From the NCBI RefSeq assembly GCF_018350175.1, contig NC_058368.1:11842001-11906000 (forward strand): 64,000 nt of DNA, written 5' to 3'. Below, in pieces: positions 51,226 through 64,000 of this stretch. How positions within the stretch are numbered: the first letter of the stretch is position 1; each line of letters opens with the position of its first letter. The translations under genes and the position numbers were made by a program. The notes beneath the pieces were generated by a model that saw only the letters and a list, made by a program, of their open reading frames with translations, was not told where the DNA came from and made no database searches. This stretch comes from Felis catus (Eukaryota).

Positions 51226-51860
51226 ACATTACTTTTTTTGAAATGGTGATTAGTTCACTTTTGCGGTGTCATAGTATTCCCAACTGTTTCTCTGGATATT
51301 TAGATTTTTCTAATTTTATTCTTATAATCACTGCAAAGATAAATATGTCTAAGATCTCTTGCAAATGCCTTTTTTAAAAAAAGTCCTGAAATGTAAAGAG
51401 AATGATCAGTTTCAAAAATTTTTGATGTATATATTTAGTCGAATTCCTTCACAGAAAAATCATACTCCTATATAATTCCGTCAGCAGTGAAGGAAGGTGC
51501 CTAACTTATCTTCACAAACATGGAATATTGTAAATTTTAAAGAGATTTGCTAATTTGATAAGTAAAAATAATGTTTTAATTTGTGTAATTATTGCAGTGA
51601 GGTATAACTTCCATATGTTAATCATTAGTGTTTTCCTTATGGTGAATTCATTATTTTTTATCCTGTGTTCATTTTCTACTGACATCTCAATTTTTTGTTC
51701 TTTTTAAACTGATGTGAGTTTTTTATTTCCTTTGCTTTTTTATAAATAAAAAAATAAAATGTAATCTATTATATGTAAGTTATAAGGTCTGGTAATGAAG
51801 TGAATACAGTGAAAAGTAAATAGGATGCTAACTCAAATAGAGTATTAACAATTCTGTTGA

Positions 51861-52090
51861 GGGGCACCTGGGTGGCTCAGTTGGTTAAGTGTCCAGCTCT
51901 TGATTTCAGCTCAGGTCATGATGTCACAGGTTCGTGGGATCAAGCCCCGCATCAGGTTCTGCACTGCGGGCTCTGCGCTGACAGCACAGAGCCTGCTTGG
52001 GATTCTGTCTCTCCCTGTCTCTCTACCCCTTCCCCGCTCACTCATGCACACACAAACACTCTCAAAATAAATAAACATTAAAAAATAAAA
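51861..52090 (+). mobile_element. Can-SINE
   Basis: TSD aattctgttga / aatactgttga. Confidence 0.93.
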
Positions 52091-52798
52091 AATACTGTTG
52101 AATTTCCCTGAGTAGTTTTTTCCCTGATTCACATCCCCCAGATATAATTGTTCTGAATTTGAGGTCATTATTCATTATTCATTCTCATACTGTCTTTATA
52201 GTTTTATCATCTCTATTTATGTATCTCTAACATCACTTATTTTGCTTGTTTCTGTATTTTACAAACACGGCATTATGCTTAATATATTTTTCTATGACTT
52301 GCTTGATTTTACTTTCCACATTTGATTCTACTTGTTTATTTTAAGCTTGAAAATCCTGTCTTGTTCAGAAAATTTTTATTCTGTTCTTTAATCTGAAATA
52401 TAAACATCTGAAATTTATTTTGAAAGTGTGTATTGGAGGGAAAGATCTAATTGGATTTTCTCCCAATAGCTATGCAGTTTTATCAGGACTGTTTATTAAA
52501 AATCCCATTCATTTTCGTTCTCTGTTGCCTCTGTAGAATCTAAGTTCTTATATATGCTAGGACTATTTATTGCTTTATGTTTTCTGTTTTGTTTCTTCTG
52601 TTAGTACCATGTTGATTTGATAATTGTAATGTTATGATACCTTTTACTATCTGTTTTACCCCCTTCCCTGAATAACCTTTTTTCAAAAATGTTACTAGCT
52701 AGTCTCTTTTAATTCCCTCTGTTTAGAAAAATGAGCTATTTTGGTAAATTCTCTCTTCTTGTCCCTCTTCTCTAATTCTCCTCCAAAAAAAAAAATCA

Positions 52799-53012
52799 GG
52801 GGCACCTGGGTGGCTCAGTTGGTTAAGCATCCGACTCTTGATCTTGGCTCAGGTCATGATCTCATGAGATCATGAGGACCCATGTTGGGCTCTGTGCTGA
52901 CAGCACAGGGCCTGCTTGGGATCCTTTCTCTCCCTCTCTCTCCTTCTCTCTTCTGCTTCTCCTCTGCTTGTTCTCTCTCTCTCTCTGTCTCTGTGTCTCA
53001 ATAAATAAATAA
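52799..53012 (+). mobile_element. Can-SINE
   Basis: Canonical head, CT tract, aataaataaa tail. Confidence 0.92.
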
Positions 53013-53267
53013 GTCAAACATTAACCAAAACCTAAATTATTTTGAGTAGAATTATATTAACATGTAATTTAATTTTGAAAGAAAGGACTTCTTTAAATCC
53101 TGTGATTTAAAGAACATATCTTTTACATATTTGAGTAAGTTTTAAAGTTTACTGTGTTCTCATATACTTGTTAGCATAAATATTTTTGTATTTACTTTGA
53201 GTATTTCCAATTGTATTTTAAAGATGAAAAGGGTTTACAGACCATTTTTATGACTCATTTTTTTTAG

Positions 53268-53428
53268 GTACTCTCATTTACACATCCCATCTCATTTCAT
53301 TCTGCTGAAACATTTGAGTCTCTCCTGGCTTGCCTGAAAATGGATGATGAAAAAGTAGCAGAGGCTGCACTCCAAATTTTTAAAAACACAGGAAGCAAAA
53401 TTGAAGAGGATTTCCCACACATCAGATC
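53268..53428 (+). CDS. PDS5B: PDS5B coding exon (~19), [10 protein letters not shown]...EEDFPHIR(S)
   Basis: ttttttag acceptor, gtaagt donor, 161 nt, phase 0/2. Confidence 0.96.
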
Positions 53429-55079
53429 GTAAGTTGAGTTTATTCTGATAAATACTCTGGAAAATAGAAAAATAATTTACTGTTTCTCGATTTATGTAGT
53501 AGTTGGAATCTTGTAAGTTTTGAGGAAATCATGTCTAAGTTATATTAAGTTGGTATCGTTCGGTTTAGATTCTCATTTCCTGAGGGGATAGCACTGGTTG
53601 GTATTTTGGATGATTTCATGAAAATGTGGGGCAAACATGGCATTTCTTTCTCAAGCATCTATTTTGCGTAAATATTTTAATGAAAACAATTTTCTAGTAA
53701 AACATTCTCTTGACATGGCATAGAATAAACAATTCACATGAATTTAAGGTCTAGTGGGAAATTTCAAAGAAAGGACTCTTCACTATCCTCTGTGATTAAA
53801 GGTATTGAATTGAAAATTTTCAGAAGCACTGCTTTATTTGACGTAGGGAAGCATGGAATAATCATCCTAATAGCAGTGTACTTTTGTGTGTGTTTTCAGT
53901 ATTTCTAAGAATTGGAAATTGTGCTGTTATCCTTGGGATCTCTAATGCTGGTTGATTATTCAAGATTCTGTGATATCTCAAAACGATGAGTCTTCATTCT
54001 GTATGGACCCGTACTTCTCTGTATGCATCTCTCCTCCCGCTTCCTGGAGGGTGTATCTGACAGTTGATCCTGATCTTGCCATAGGCATTGGTGGTTCGCT
54101 TTACATCTGCCTCATTACTTCTGGCTTAGCTGCTGGTCTAATTAGTTGTGGTTGGGGTAGCATGCTTCTTCATGTTGAAGAATTACCTGGGGCCTATTTC
54201 CTCAGAGAGAAAATGGACAAAGGTAGCTCTTAAAATCCCAGGTACACTTTTTGTTATTCTTTGTTCATGTGAACTTAATTCTAGTTCACATGGTAATTGA
54301 AACATAACCAGAATTTTATAATCCCATCCTCTTTGGCAGGAGTAAGAAACTTTATTGTTTAGAATTGACTTCTTAATTTTTAAGAGGATGGAGAGCATGA
54401 ATATTCCTTTGGAATGGTGCTGTGATTCTCCAACACAGATCATAGATCAGAGTTTGGGGAAAAACACATGCACACACACAGTACATATAATGCTGTATCA
54501 CTTACTGAATGCCCACTTACTGTATTATCTCATTTAAACCTTGTAACAGTTCAGTAAAGTGTAGGAGTTATCCTAATCTTCCAAATGAGAAATCTGTTAT
54601 TCACTTGAGGTAAATGGTTTTAGATCATATAGCTAGAATGTACAGAGGGAAGATTTGAATTTAGGCCTCTGAATGCCTATGGTACCATATCCATAATGGC
54701 ACAGTTCCTCTCTTAATTAGGGTTTTGGGCAAGTTTTAGTTTGATTTATTATTTTCATTCTTGACTATCTTTCCTAGTATCTTTAATATCTTAAACATTG
54801 ATGTATTTGTGGGAGAACTATATAAGAGCAAGGTTGAAAGGTAGACATTTTAGAACATGCAAAGGTCATTTTAAAACATATGCTGCTTTAATATGGAACT
54901 TGAAGATTATTTGATTTATATGCTAAGTATATTTCACGTTTCTCATGAGGAGAATTAACTGATATTGAATACCTGATGTGTGCACACACTGTTCTTGATG
55001 AAGTAGCTCATCTTATAATATGTTTTCCAGGAGATGAAATATGTATGCAGATTTTATGTTTTAAATTATTAATTGGGTG

Positions 55080-58000
55080 AGTTGATTTTGAGGAAAAATG
55101 ATAGAGCTGAGTGTTGATTAAAGCATCTTCCCTTGAATTCACCAAAATAATTTAGAGGAACCACAAGAGAAATGAATCGTAAGTAGAATTGGACAGAATT
55201 GCTCCTAGATTATTTAGACCGAATTGAATGTGAGAACATTGATGGTTGATACCCATATTCCTGAATCAGGCATATAAGGGAATGGATAGTAAGTGTTCTG
55301 TCGTTGGTTAATTTAGAAGGAGGAGATTGAGGTATGGGCAGGCTTTGAGAGAAATAAGGAAAGCCTAATTTCGGCTGTCATAGAACTAAAGGAGAGACTT
55401 CATGGTCACACCGTTTTTCTTTGGACTGACCTATTTTCCTTAGCAGGAGGAGCAAAGCTTAGAGGTGAAGTAAAGCTTAGAGGAGAATTTTGAAGCAAAC
55501 GTCTTATTACCAACTTTAGAGACACATAAAAGATTGTGTGTTCAGCCACTAAACAAAAATGATGGTTGCTATGGTTTCTGTTCTGATTCCTGTCTGTCAG
55601 GAGTCTGGCTTACCTCCAGAGTAGGCAGTTGTCCCCAAACTAAGAGTCCCCTTATAGCATGGAATATAGCCATAGTCCAGGTGGAGCTAGTTCTTGTCCC
55701 TGGCAGGTTTCAGTAGACTTGGAGAGAAATTCCACGGAGATGAGAGACTTGCTGCCTTTAGTCCCCACTCCCTTCTCCGTGCTCCTTACTTAGCCAGCTG
55801 ATGAAGGAGTTGGGAGCTTTGATATTAATTTTTTAAGAGTGACATCTGATGTTCAGTCTTCAGGGAGATGCTGCCTGCCTTTTTGTTCAAATGGCAGAGC
55901 CAGAGAATTTCTGTTGCTCAAAGGTGAGTTAACAGAGTACAAATAAATTAACAAACATGAAACCGATGCACATATTTTAGTACTCAAAAGAAAGCTGATA
56001 ATCACTGTTGGGAAGAATTGAATTTTCCTAGGAAAAAAAGAAAATTTTAAGTGATTCTAAACTGCCAAAAAGTTAAGCAGCAAATGATACCTGGAAAAAA
56101 AGAAAACAAAACAAATACATAAAAAGGGAAGTGTCAGAACCAATGGTAAAGAAGACAGGAACATACTTGCATTATCAAGTATAATTTAGTATAAGCAGCA
56201 AGGAGCAGAGTAAGCAATTTTGAAAATGTAATCGGTAAGCTAGCAATGGAACTTGAGGAGATTGCATAGAATGTGGAAATGTAGGCATAGAAATGAAGGC
56301 AGTTAAATTTCTTTAATAGCAGAAAGTGAAAAGCCCTAAGTGGGTTTTGTGGTGAAGACAACAGAGTGATGGAAAATGGAAAATAATAATAAAAAAAAAT
56401 AATAGTAAACTTTTTCAGAATGATTGGCTACTTGAATCTGGATATCAAGAGGACTCCTGTTTTAGGAAAATATCCTGGTGGAATTTACTGAATTTTCAGG
56501 GATTACCGAAGTGATTTCACAAACATCAAGGGCAAAGAAAAGGAAGTATGTTATGTACAATGGAAAAATAAAGAGGCTCGCTTATTTCTTTCAACCACCT
56601 AAGATTTCTGAAGTTAATGATTCAACAACTAGAGAGATTTCATGGACAAAAAGAATATAACCTAAGAATTTCCTAAGTAGCCAAGTTGTGCTTAAGGACA
56701 AATGAAGGATGTTCTTTAGGATATAAAGACTCAGGAAATGTATTAATAACCCCTTTTATATTATGAACTCTGCCTACCAAGGTGTATACTCTTCCCCTTT
56801 GCATTCAGTTTTGCTTAAGCTCCTAATTCTACCTTTTGTTTTTGTTGGCGTATCTGATTTGTTTTTTTCTCATCATTTTACTTTTAGTGTTTAAATTAAA
56901 AATTTTTTTTAACGTTTATTTATTATTGAGAGACAGAGAGTGAGCAAGGGAGAGGCAGAGAGAGAGGGGAACACAGAATGTGAAGCAGGCTCCAGGCTCT
57001 GAGCTGGCAGCACAGAGCCCGATGTAGGGCTCGAACTCACAAACTGCGAGATCATGACCTGAGCCAAAGTCGGACACCCAACTGACTGAGCCACCCAGGC
57101 GCCCCTCAGTGTTTAAATTTTAGATGTGCCTATATCTATGTTTTAAATATTGGAAAACCTGATTTTTTTTTTAAGGAAAATATAAATAAATAAAATTGGC
57201 TCAAAGAAGAAGAAAAAACCTAATTAGGCTATGATAATAAAAAAAATGGTGAAAAGGATCCTCTAGTAAAACGTGCCAGTAAAAGTTACATGTTAAAGAA
57301 AGTATTATTTCACATCTGTAAGAAACCAAGGATTCTAATTTTTTTAAGTTGTTTAGAGCATGACAAAAAAAACCAAACAAACATTCAGATTACTTGTAAA
57401 GCCAAGATAACCAGCAGGAGTGCTAAAACTAGTTAACAGATATTCCCTCAAAAGAAAACTTCAAACAGAGCTTACTAATATTGCTGCAAAAAGTTTAAGT
57501 AAAATTTTAGAAAAAAGAGAGTTGACTACAGTAAAACAAAAATATATTATGGTCAGATGTGATTACTTTCAGGAATACAAAGAGGATTGGTATTGATAGG
57601 CCTAATATTCATGTTACAATTTATTATATAATTGAGTATAAAGGAAAAGGCACACAGTAGGTCACATTGATGTGACAAGGATTAGAATGCTAAAGGAGTC
57701 TATTTCTAATTAAACCTAATAAATTAGGATTAAATACCTTCATAACATAATAAATGTGTCTCAGACCAAAAATAGGTGTCATCATATAGTAAACACCAGA
57801 AGCATTCACAGTAAAATTAGGAACAAAATGAAGAAAATACACTATCTCTGCCATGATTTAACATTGTTTCAGAAGCATTAGCCAATATAATTACATTAAA
57901 AAATAAATTTAAGAAGTACAAGTGTTGGAGGAGATAGAGTTATTGTATTTCATGGAAAATCTGTGAATCAACTGAAAAACTACCAAAACCAAGATAGCCA

Positions 58001-58950
58001 ATATAAGCCAAAATCCCATATAACACTAACAACCATTTTGAGAATATTATAGGAATAAAAATCAGAAGACCTAGGGGTAACACAAGAAATTTGCAGCCTT
58101 ATAAATACTGAGTGGAGAAGTATAATATTTAACAAAAAAATCAGGAAAAGTTAGATTGCCCAGTAAATTATTGGCAAGCTGTTTTGAAAAGAAAAATCAA
58201 TGTAAACTGCTTATCTTGATTTTACATATATTTGAAATGAGTTAAAGATTTATCTAAGATTTTAAATGTATAAAATGAATCAATAAAAGTACTGGTAACC
58301 AGAACAGTTTTGTAATTCCTTTTTTTTTTTTGGTGGGTGAAGGGATACTGGTGCCAGATCATAAGACGAAATACTGATGGATTATATTATTAAATATCCA
58401 TTTGTTGAAAAATATTTATAGAGACTCTACTGTGTATAAGGTACTGAAGTGTGTATAAAGTTTTGTTGATGAACAGACTCTGTCCATATTTTAGTGAGGA
58501 AGAATACCATTTAGACAAAAGCAGAAATCATGAAGTAAGTTAGAAATACAAATGGTATGCTTGGAAACTATTTTCAGTATGTATAACTTTGAAAAGGTTA
58601 ATATCTGTAACGTATAAAGACTCTTAAAAATATAACAAACAGGTTTCACAGTAGAATACTGGCAAAGGGAATGAACAGGAAATTCACAAACAGGAAAGCC
58701 TTCTAGCCCCTCAAATCAAGAAAAGACATTTATGCTTACTAATAGTAATTGAGGCAAAAACAAATAAAAACACCAGGATTAGCTAGCATTCCAGTGATGT
58801 CTCTTGATTGAATTATAAATGATTCAGCTTTTCTGGGTTGGTAATGTGGTAATACATACCAACTTAAAATGTGTGCTTGTAGTCTTCCAACTCTGCAGTG
58901 TTATTTTCAAGAACTTATTTCAGAGATAATTAGAAAAGATACCTACCTAA
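55080..58950 (+). mobile_element. Highly decayed old L1 (L1M-type) region
   Basis: A-rich + strand with ORF2-like relics (aaaattaggaacaaaatg...tttaacattgtttcagaagcattagccaat). Boundaries uncertain. Confidence 0.5.
56900..57105 (-). mobile_element. Can-SINE
   Basis: TSD agtgtttaaatt (56886-56897, 57108-57119). Confidence 0.94.
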
Positions 58951-58956
58951 TGATAC

Positions 58957-59420
58957 TATGGGTCAGGGTTGAGTCAGAGGAACAGAAACCACACAAGGTA
59001 TTTTAAACGTACATTAATTAATACAGATGTTTGAAGGATGAAAGAGCAGGTTGTTTTGGTAACCCAAGGACTATGAACTGCTGGAAGCAGCTATGACTCC
59101 TAGGGCTGGCCGGCTGACAAGTGGTGTTCAGGACTGCCCATTGGATGGAAGAGCCCTGTCAGTATTGGCACAGCCAACCAGCTGTCACAGTAGGAGTGTC
59201 CTAGTTGTTGCTGGGGGGGGGTGGGGGGTGGGGGGGTGGGGGGGGTATGGCAGAGCTACTGCACAAGATGCCTGAAGAAGCTATAGTGTCTCTTATTGGA
59301 AGAATCCAACAGGAAGGCAACTCTTGAAGGAATCTAGGAAATACAATTTCTGATTTATAGCACCAGGGTCTCAGAGCAGATTATAGGGTAGGCTTAAATC
59401 TTAAAGCTCAGAAACAGTGC
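58957..59420. mobile_element. MLT1-like (MaLR) LTR relic
   Basis: gtcagggttgagtcagaggaacagaaaccacac start is typical of MLT1 termini. Confidence 0.55.
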
Positions 59421-60319
59421 ATAAATAACTAGAATAAGGATGTTGGTGCTTTTGTTGTTAAGACTAAAAAAGAAAAATCAAAACATCTAAATGTTCATCA
59501 GTACGGGATTGGTTAGACTAGTTGTGGTATATCTATCTGCTAAAGATATATATGAGCATTAAAATTAGTGTTTAGCAGTACTTGATATAGGAAGTTCTCT
59601 ACAGCATTGTTGGTGAAAAAATGTTTCCAAATACTATGTAGTTTGTACCCTGGTTTACTTAAATATATGTATGTATGTATAGAGAAATTTTAGAATTGTT
59701 AACCAAATGTTAGCAGTAATTATTTCAGAGTAGTAGAATTTTGAGGTTTTTTTTTTTTTTAGTGGTATTGTATTTTTCAGTTTTTGCATTTTCTGCATGT
59801 GTGTGATTATTATCGGGAGGGAAAAAACCCTTGAATCGGAAAGAAGAAAATCAATTTAACAAGGGAGTAAAGCATTTCTTTTAACAGGAACTTAGAAAAA
59901 GCAATCAGAAGATAGTTGTTTCGTTTACATTTCACTGACTTCTAAGACTGCCTAGTAGTTCAGAATTCTTGAAAGTTTTTTTTTCTTTGTTTTGATTTAT
60001 TTCTGTTCTGTTTATTTTTTTCTGTTTTCTGTTTAAATGAATATGCAAAACATTGGATGAGCTTAAAATTTCTCATTCTGTCTTCAAAAATTCCAACCCA
60101 AATTGCTTTTTTACTTCTATGTGACATGTAATTTTCTCTTGATTACTAAGAAGAGGTATTTATGGATGTTGGTATTGGAAAGTCTGATCTATGATATGAT
60201 GGGTCTTATCTGGGGAGTTTAGTTACTGAAGTTACCAGAAAGTAATAATTTTTCATTTCATAAAGAACTTCAAACCATAGATTAAAAGGATAGTTTGGTG
60301 AGACTCTGAAACATTTTAC

Positions 60320-61850
60320 TCCTGAAATTTTCAAACATATAGAGAAGTAGATAGACTATTACAATAAACTCCTATGTATCCAACAACTGGCTTATATATG
60401 AATAACTTACAGCCACTTTACTGTAATTTATAATTCTACTTCCCCTGTTCCCCTTATATCTGAAAGCAAACCCCAGACTAAATATATCATTTTATCTATA
60501 CATCTAAGTATCTCTAAGAGATAAGAGCTCTTAAAAATAAACATAATACCTTTCTCACAAACATAGGTGACATTAGTTGCTTAATGTTAATATCCAATTA
60601 ATTTTCTCAAAAATAGTAACTTTTTTAAAATCAAGATCCATAATGCTATTTGTAGATGCATTTATTAAAGTGCCTCATTTCTTTCTTTGTGTTTGATAAA
60701 CCAGGTTTCTCTTGCAGAGTTTCACATAGACCGATTTTTGCTAATTGTATGCCTTTGGCATATTTTAATGGGTTTCTTATATTTTCTGTAAGGTTATAGT
60801 TAAATCCAGAGGCCTGATAGGATTCCAGTCAACCTTTTTGTTGTCAGAGGACCACTTTATAGATGGTGGTATGCCCCTCTGTCGGTTGTTGCTTAGTGAT
60901 CAGAGGTGATCTGTCATTCCTTCTTCAGTTACTAACTGAATACTTTCATAAAGAGGAACTTCTCATCTATTCTCTGGTTCCCCAATGTTACATCTGTTCA
61001 GGAAAGGCAGGTTAAATGCTTCGTTTTTTTTAAGTTATTGAACGGTGTTCAAAATAGTGATTTTACTAGCCTCCTTCAAATGTGACGAATTAACTGTTGT
61101 TGTCTTTTTAAAATAACCATTATAAACCCATGAATTTACACATATTTGACAAATTGACGATTTGTCACTGATGCTCATATTGCCCCATCTATATCCAGGA
61201 GCCTATTTAAGTTGACCTTTGAGTCCCTTTGAACAGCTCCACTCATCTCTGTAGTTTCTTAACAATTCCGATGTGACAATTTGTTCCAGGCCCATCTTCT
61301 ACATGTCCCACACCTGAAATCAGTCATTTCTCTAAAGAGCCCTGGTTCTTTTTAATGGGAATGTTATTAAGATGATCATAATGTGAGTCTTGTGGGTACT
61401 AATGCCTAGTGTGTGGGTCATTTTTTAAGACAATTCAGTGGACATAGCAAAAAAAAAAAAAAAAAAAAAAAAAAGAAAGTCTTTCTGGAAGATAAAATGC
61501 ATTGTGTGTTTATATTGATTATTCTAGTTCTAACTCAGGGCTACAGTATTTTTACAGAATCTCTTCAATTTTACATTTGTATCTCTTTTTCCCCAACTTA
61601 GATAACACAGGATGATAAAATCGTGGTATTACATATTAACTCATTTGAATTATGCCGTATTAAATACCTAACAGTCTCAGAAATGGCAGTAGCACTACCA
61701 ATGTTACTCCTAAAGAGTTAAGTTTGTTGACTTGTTATCTTTAAGGTGTGTATCACATTAGGGATTTACAGTCAAATTTCTCTATTTCACAGTTACTTAA
61801 AATGATTCTTTTTTGTGTAGTTACGCCACCAAATGGATACATACTTTTGT
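60320..61850 (-). mobile_element. Old L1 (L1MC/MD-like) 3' region
   Basis: aaaattttcaaacatatagagaag, ttccaggcccatctt...aatcagtcatttctctaaagagccctggttc. Confidence 0.55.
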
Positions 61851-61869
61851 TCATTTGCTTTATTTTATT

Positions 61870-62216
61870 ACTTTTTTTAATGTTTATTTTTGAGAGAGAG
61901 AGTGAGGGGTGGGACAAGGCAGAGAGAGAGGGAGACATAGATTCGGAAGCAGGCCCCAGGCTCGGAGCTTTCAGTGCAAGCCTGATGCAGGACTTAAACT
62001 GAAGGTAAGATCGTGACCTGAGCAAAAGTTGGACGCTTAACTGACTGAGCCACCCAGGTGCTCCTGTTTGTTTTATTTTATTTTTTTTTAAGTTTCTCTT
62101 TTAAAATAAAATTTAAAAAATATCTTTTAATTTTAAGTAGGCTTCATGTCCAACGTAGGGCTCGAACTCACAACCCTGAGTTGTATGCTTTACTGATTGA
62201 GCCAGCAAGGAGCTCC
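61870..62216 (-). mobile_element. Two Can-SINEs: 61870-62064 and a short older-type copy at ~62128-62216
   Basis: First copy has TSD tttg(c/t)tttattttatt; second reads taagtaggcttc...gggctcgaactcacaacc...gagccag. Confidence 0.88.
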
Positions 62217-63084
62217 TAAAATTTAATTTAATTTTTAAGTTATATGAAATATTCACTGGTTTTGAAGAGAGTTCTGAAAGCAAAATATATTCCAAGAAGT
62301 CTAGCTTCAGTTTCTCATCTGTCTACCTATTCCTTTTTACCTTTAGATGAACTTGGAAAAAAAAAAAGTCCTCTATGCATGTCTGTCTGGGTGTGTTTCA
62401 GTGTGTATATGTATGTGTATTCATATGCCCTCTTTGACAGATAAATGATAAAGTACGCTGTACACACTTTCCTCCACCTTGCTTTTGTCTTTTGATACAT
62501 ACTGATAGTTATTCCATATTTAAGTAGTTATTTGTGCTTTTTATCAGAGTAAATGCATGTATAATTTTGCTAGATTTTGCTGCATTTCCCTCCATGGTGG
62601 CTATAACGTTTTGCATTCTCACCAGCAGTATACAAATGTACCTGATTCCCCACAGCCTTGTCAAGTCTGTGTTGTTATGATTGTGTCTCTTTTTCCTGGT
62701 CATCGTCCTTGTTCTGCAGTTGTCTGAGAGTAGCATAACCACTTCTACTTTCTACTTTTTTTTATATCAGTGTTTGCAAGTCATGTTGTTTGCCTTTTTT
62801 TTTTTAAACTTTAAATCTTTGTGGGACTTGATATTTAAAATGAGGTTCTTTTAAATATCCTACAGGTTAGTCTTTGTTTAGTTACATTTTTGTTGGTTTG
62901 TTTTGGTTTTGGTTGTTTTAATTCAGTTTGACAAACTGTCTTTTGGTTGGAATATTTAGACCATTATGGTTAGTGTAATTATTGATATAGTTAGATTTAA
63001 GCTGCCATCTTTATTTTTGTTTTGTCTTTTCTCTGTTCTCCTTTCCTTCTATTTCTGCCCTCCTTGGGATTAACTGAGTATTTG

Positions 63085-63330
63085 TTTTATTTTTAATTGT
63101 TTTTTAAAGTATTTAAATTCCAGTTAACATACAGTGTAATGTTAGTTTCAGGTGTGCAGTATACTGCTTCAGCACCTCCATGCAACAGTGCTCATCACCA
63201 CAAGTGCACTCCTTAATCCCTGTCACCTTATTTAACCCATCAGTTTGTTCTCTATAGTTAGGAGTCTGTTTGTTGTTTCTTGGTTTGTCTCTCTCTTTTC
63301 TTCCTTTGCTCGTTTGTTTTGTTTTGTTAT
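63085..63330 (-). mobile_element. Carnivore L1 3'-UTR fragment
   Basis: ccagttaacatacagtgtaatgttagtttcaggtg...gtgctcatcaccacaagtgcactccttaatccc. Confidence 0.85.
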
Positions 63331-64000
63331 CTTCACTACTGGAGATAATCTACATTCAAATAAAATTATATCACTTAATGTATATTATAAAAGCTTTGCA
63401 ACAGTATATCTCCATGCCTTCCCCCTCTAAGCTTTTGTTGGCATATTTTGTTTCTGAATATGTTATAAATTCTACAATGTGTTGATATTTTTGCTCTAAA
63501 CAGTTTGATAAGTCTTGGATTAACAGTGATAGATTTATTGGTACACACACATTTACCATTTCTGTCACTCTTCATTTTTTAGATATCTGTATTTTCATCT
63601 GGTATCATTTTTCTTCTAGAATAACTTTATTTCTTATCGTATAGTTCTGCTTGTAATTCATTATCTCAGCTTTTCTTTCTCTGAAAAAAATCTTTATTTT
63701 GCCTTCATTCTTGAAAGGTATTTTTTCTCAGTAGAATTCTAGATTGGCAGTTTATTTTCATTTAGTACCTAAAAGATGTCACTGCATTATTTTCTGGATT
63801 GCATAGTTTTTGATGAAAAGTATTCCTCTGTATATATTGTTTTTGCATATGTAATGTGTATTTTTTTCAGACTATTTTTAGGATTTCTTTTCTTTATCAC
63901 TGTTTTTACCAAATTGATAATGGCATGTCTTGGAATGATTTACTTTATGCTTCTTCTCCTTGCAGCTTACTGAGATTTGGGGGACTATGGGTCTTTTTCC

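Larger units (their letters stand above)
3935..53428 (+). other. PDS5B: PDS5B (cohesin-associated factor B, APRIN/AS3), partial gene: 13 internal coding exons, extending beyond both window ends
   Basis: 13 AG/GT-bounded exons (81+141+116+95+146+152+114+82+49+140+116+106+161 = 1499 nt) join with compatible phases and no stop. The translation matches the recalled PDS5B sequence (about aa 209-708). Confidence 0.97.

Noticed and set aside
53261..53273. AG|GT at the exon start as a recursive splice site
   Set aside because: GTACTC is a poor donor and simply encodes Val-Leu.
3935..53428. U12-type or non-canonical introns
   Set aside because: All 13 donors are GT with U2-type context. None shows GTATCCTT or ATATCCTT.
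53429..64000. Next PDS5B exon (expected to begin around ALLPVLHHK)
   Set aside because: No matching coding segment was seen. The region looks repeat-derived and the exon probably lies beyond the window.

Overview
This is AT-rich mammalian genomic DNA from a felid, judged by the abundant felid-type Can-SINEs and carnivore L1s. The whole window lies inside one + strand gene, the cohesin regulator PDS5B. Thirteen GT-AG coding exons (1,499 nt, 3935-53428) splice in continuous frame from NLNKQAYDL... to ...DFPHIR, about exons 7-19 by recalled human numbering, in the HEAT-repeat region. Neither the start nor the stop codon is in the window. The introns hold more than 20 Can-SINEs (many with clear target-site duplications, TSDs), three carnivore L1 copies, old L1/L2/MIR/MER/LTR relics and microsatellites. 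Nearly all ORF-track entries are repeat-derived or spurious. I found no clearly new biological system. The best second-look items are: (1) a retroposed 28S rRNA 3' end with a G-tract, A-tail and perfect 15-bp TSD (SINE28-like); (2) an L1 that keeps both ends but has lost ORF2 internally; (3) a candidate stop-containing poison exon; (4) a perfect 17-bp hairpin; (5) inverted young SINE/L1 pairs bracketing exons; and (6) nested insertions whose order can be read from their TSDs. Repeat family names and exon numbers are from recognition and memory, not database searches.
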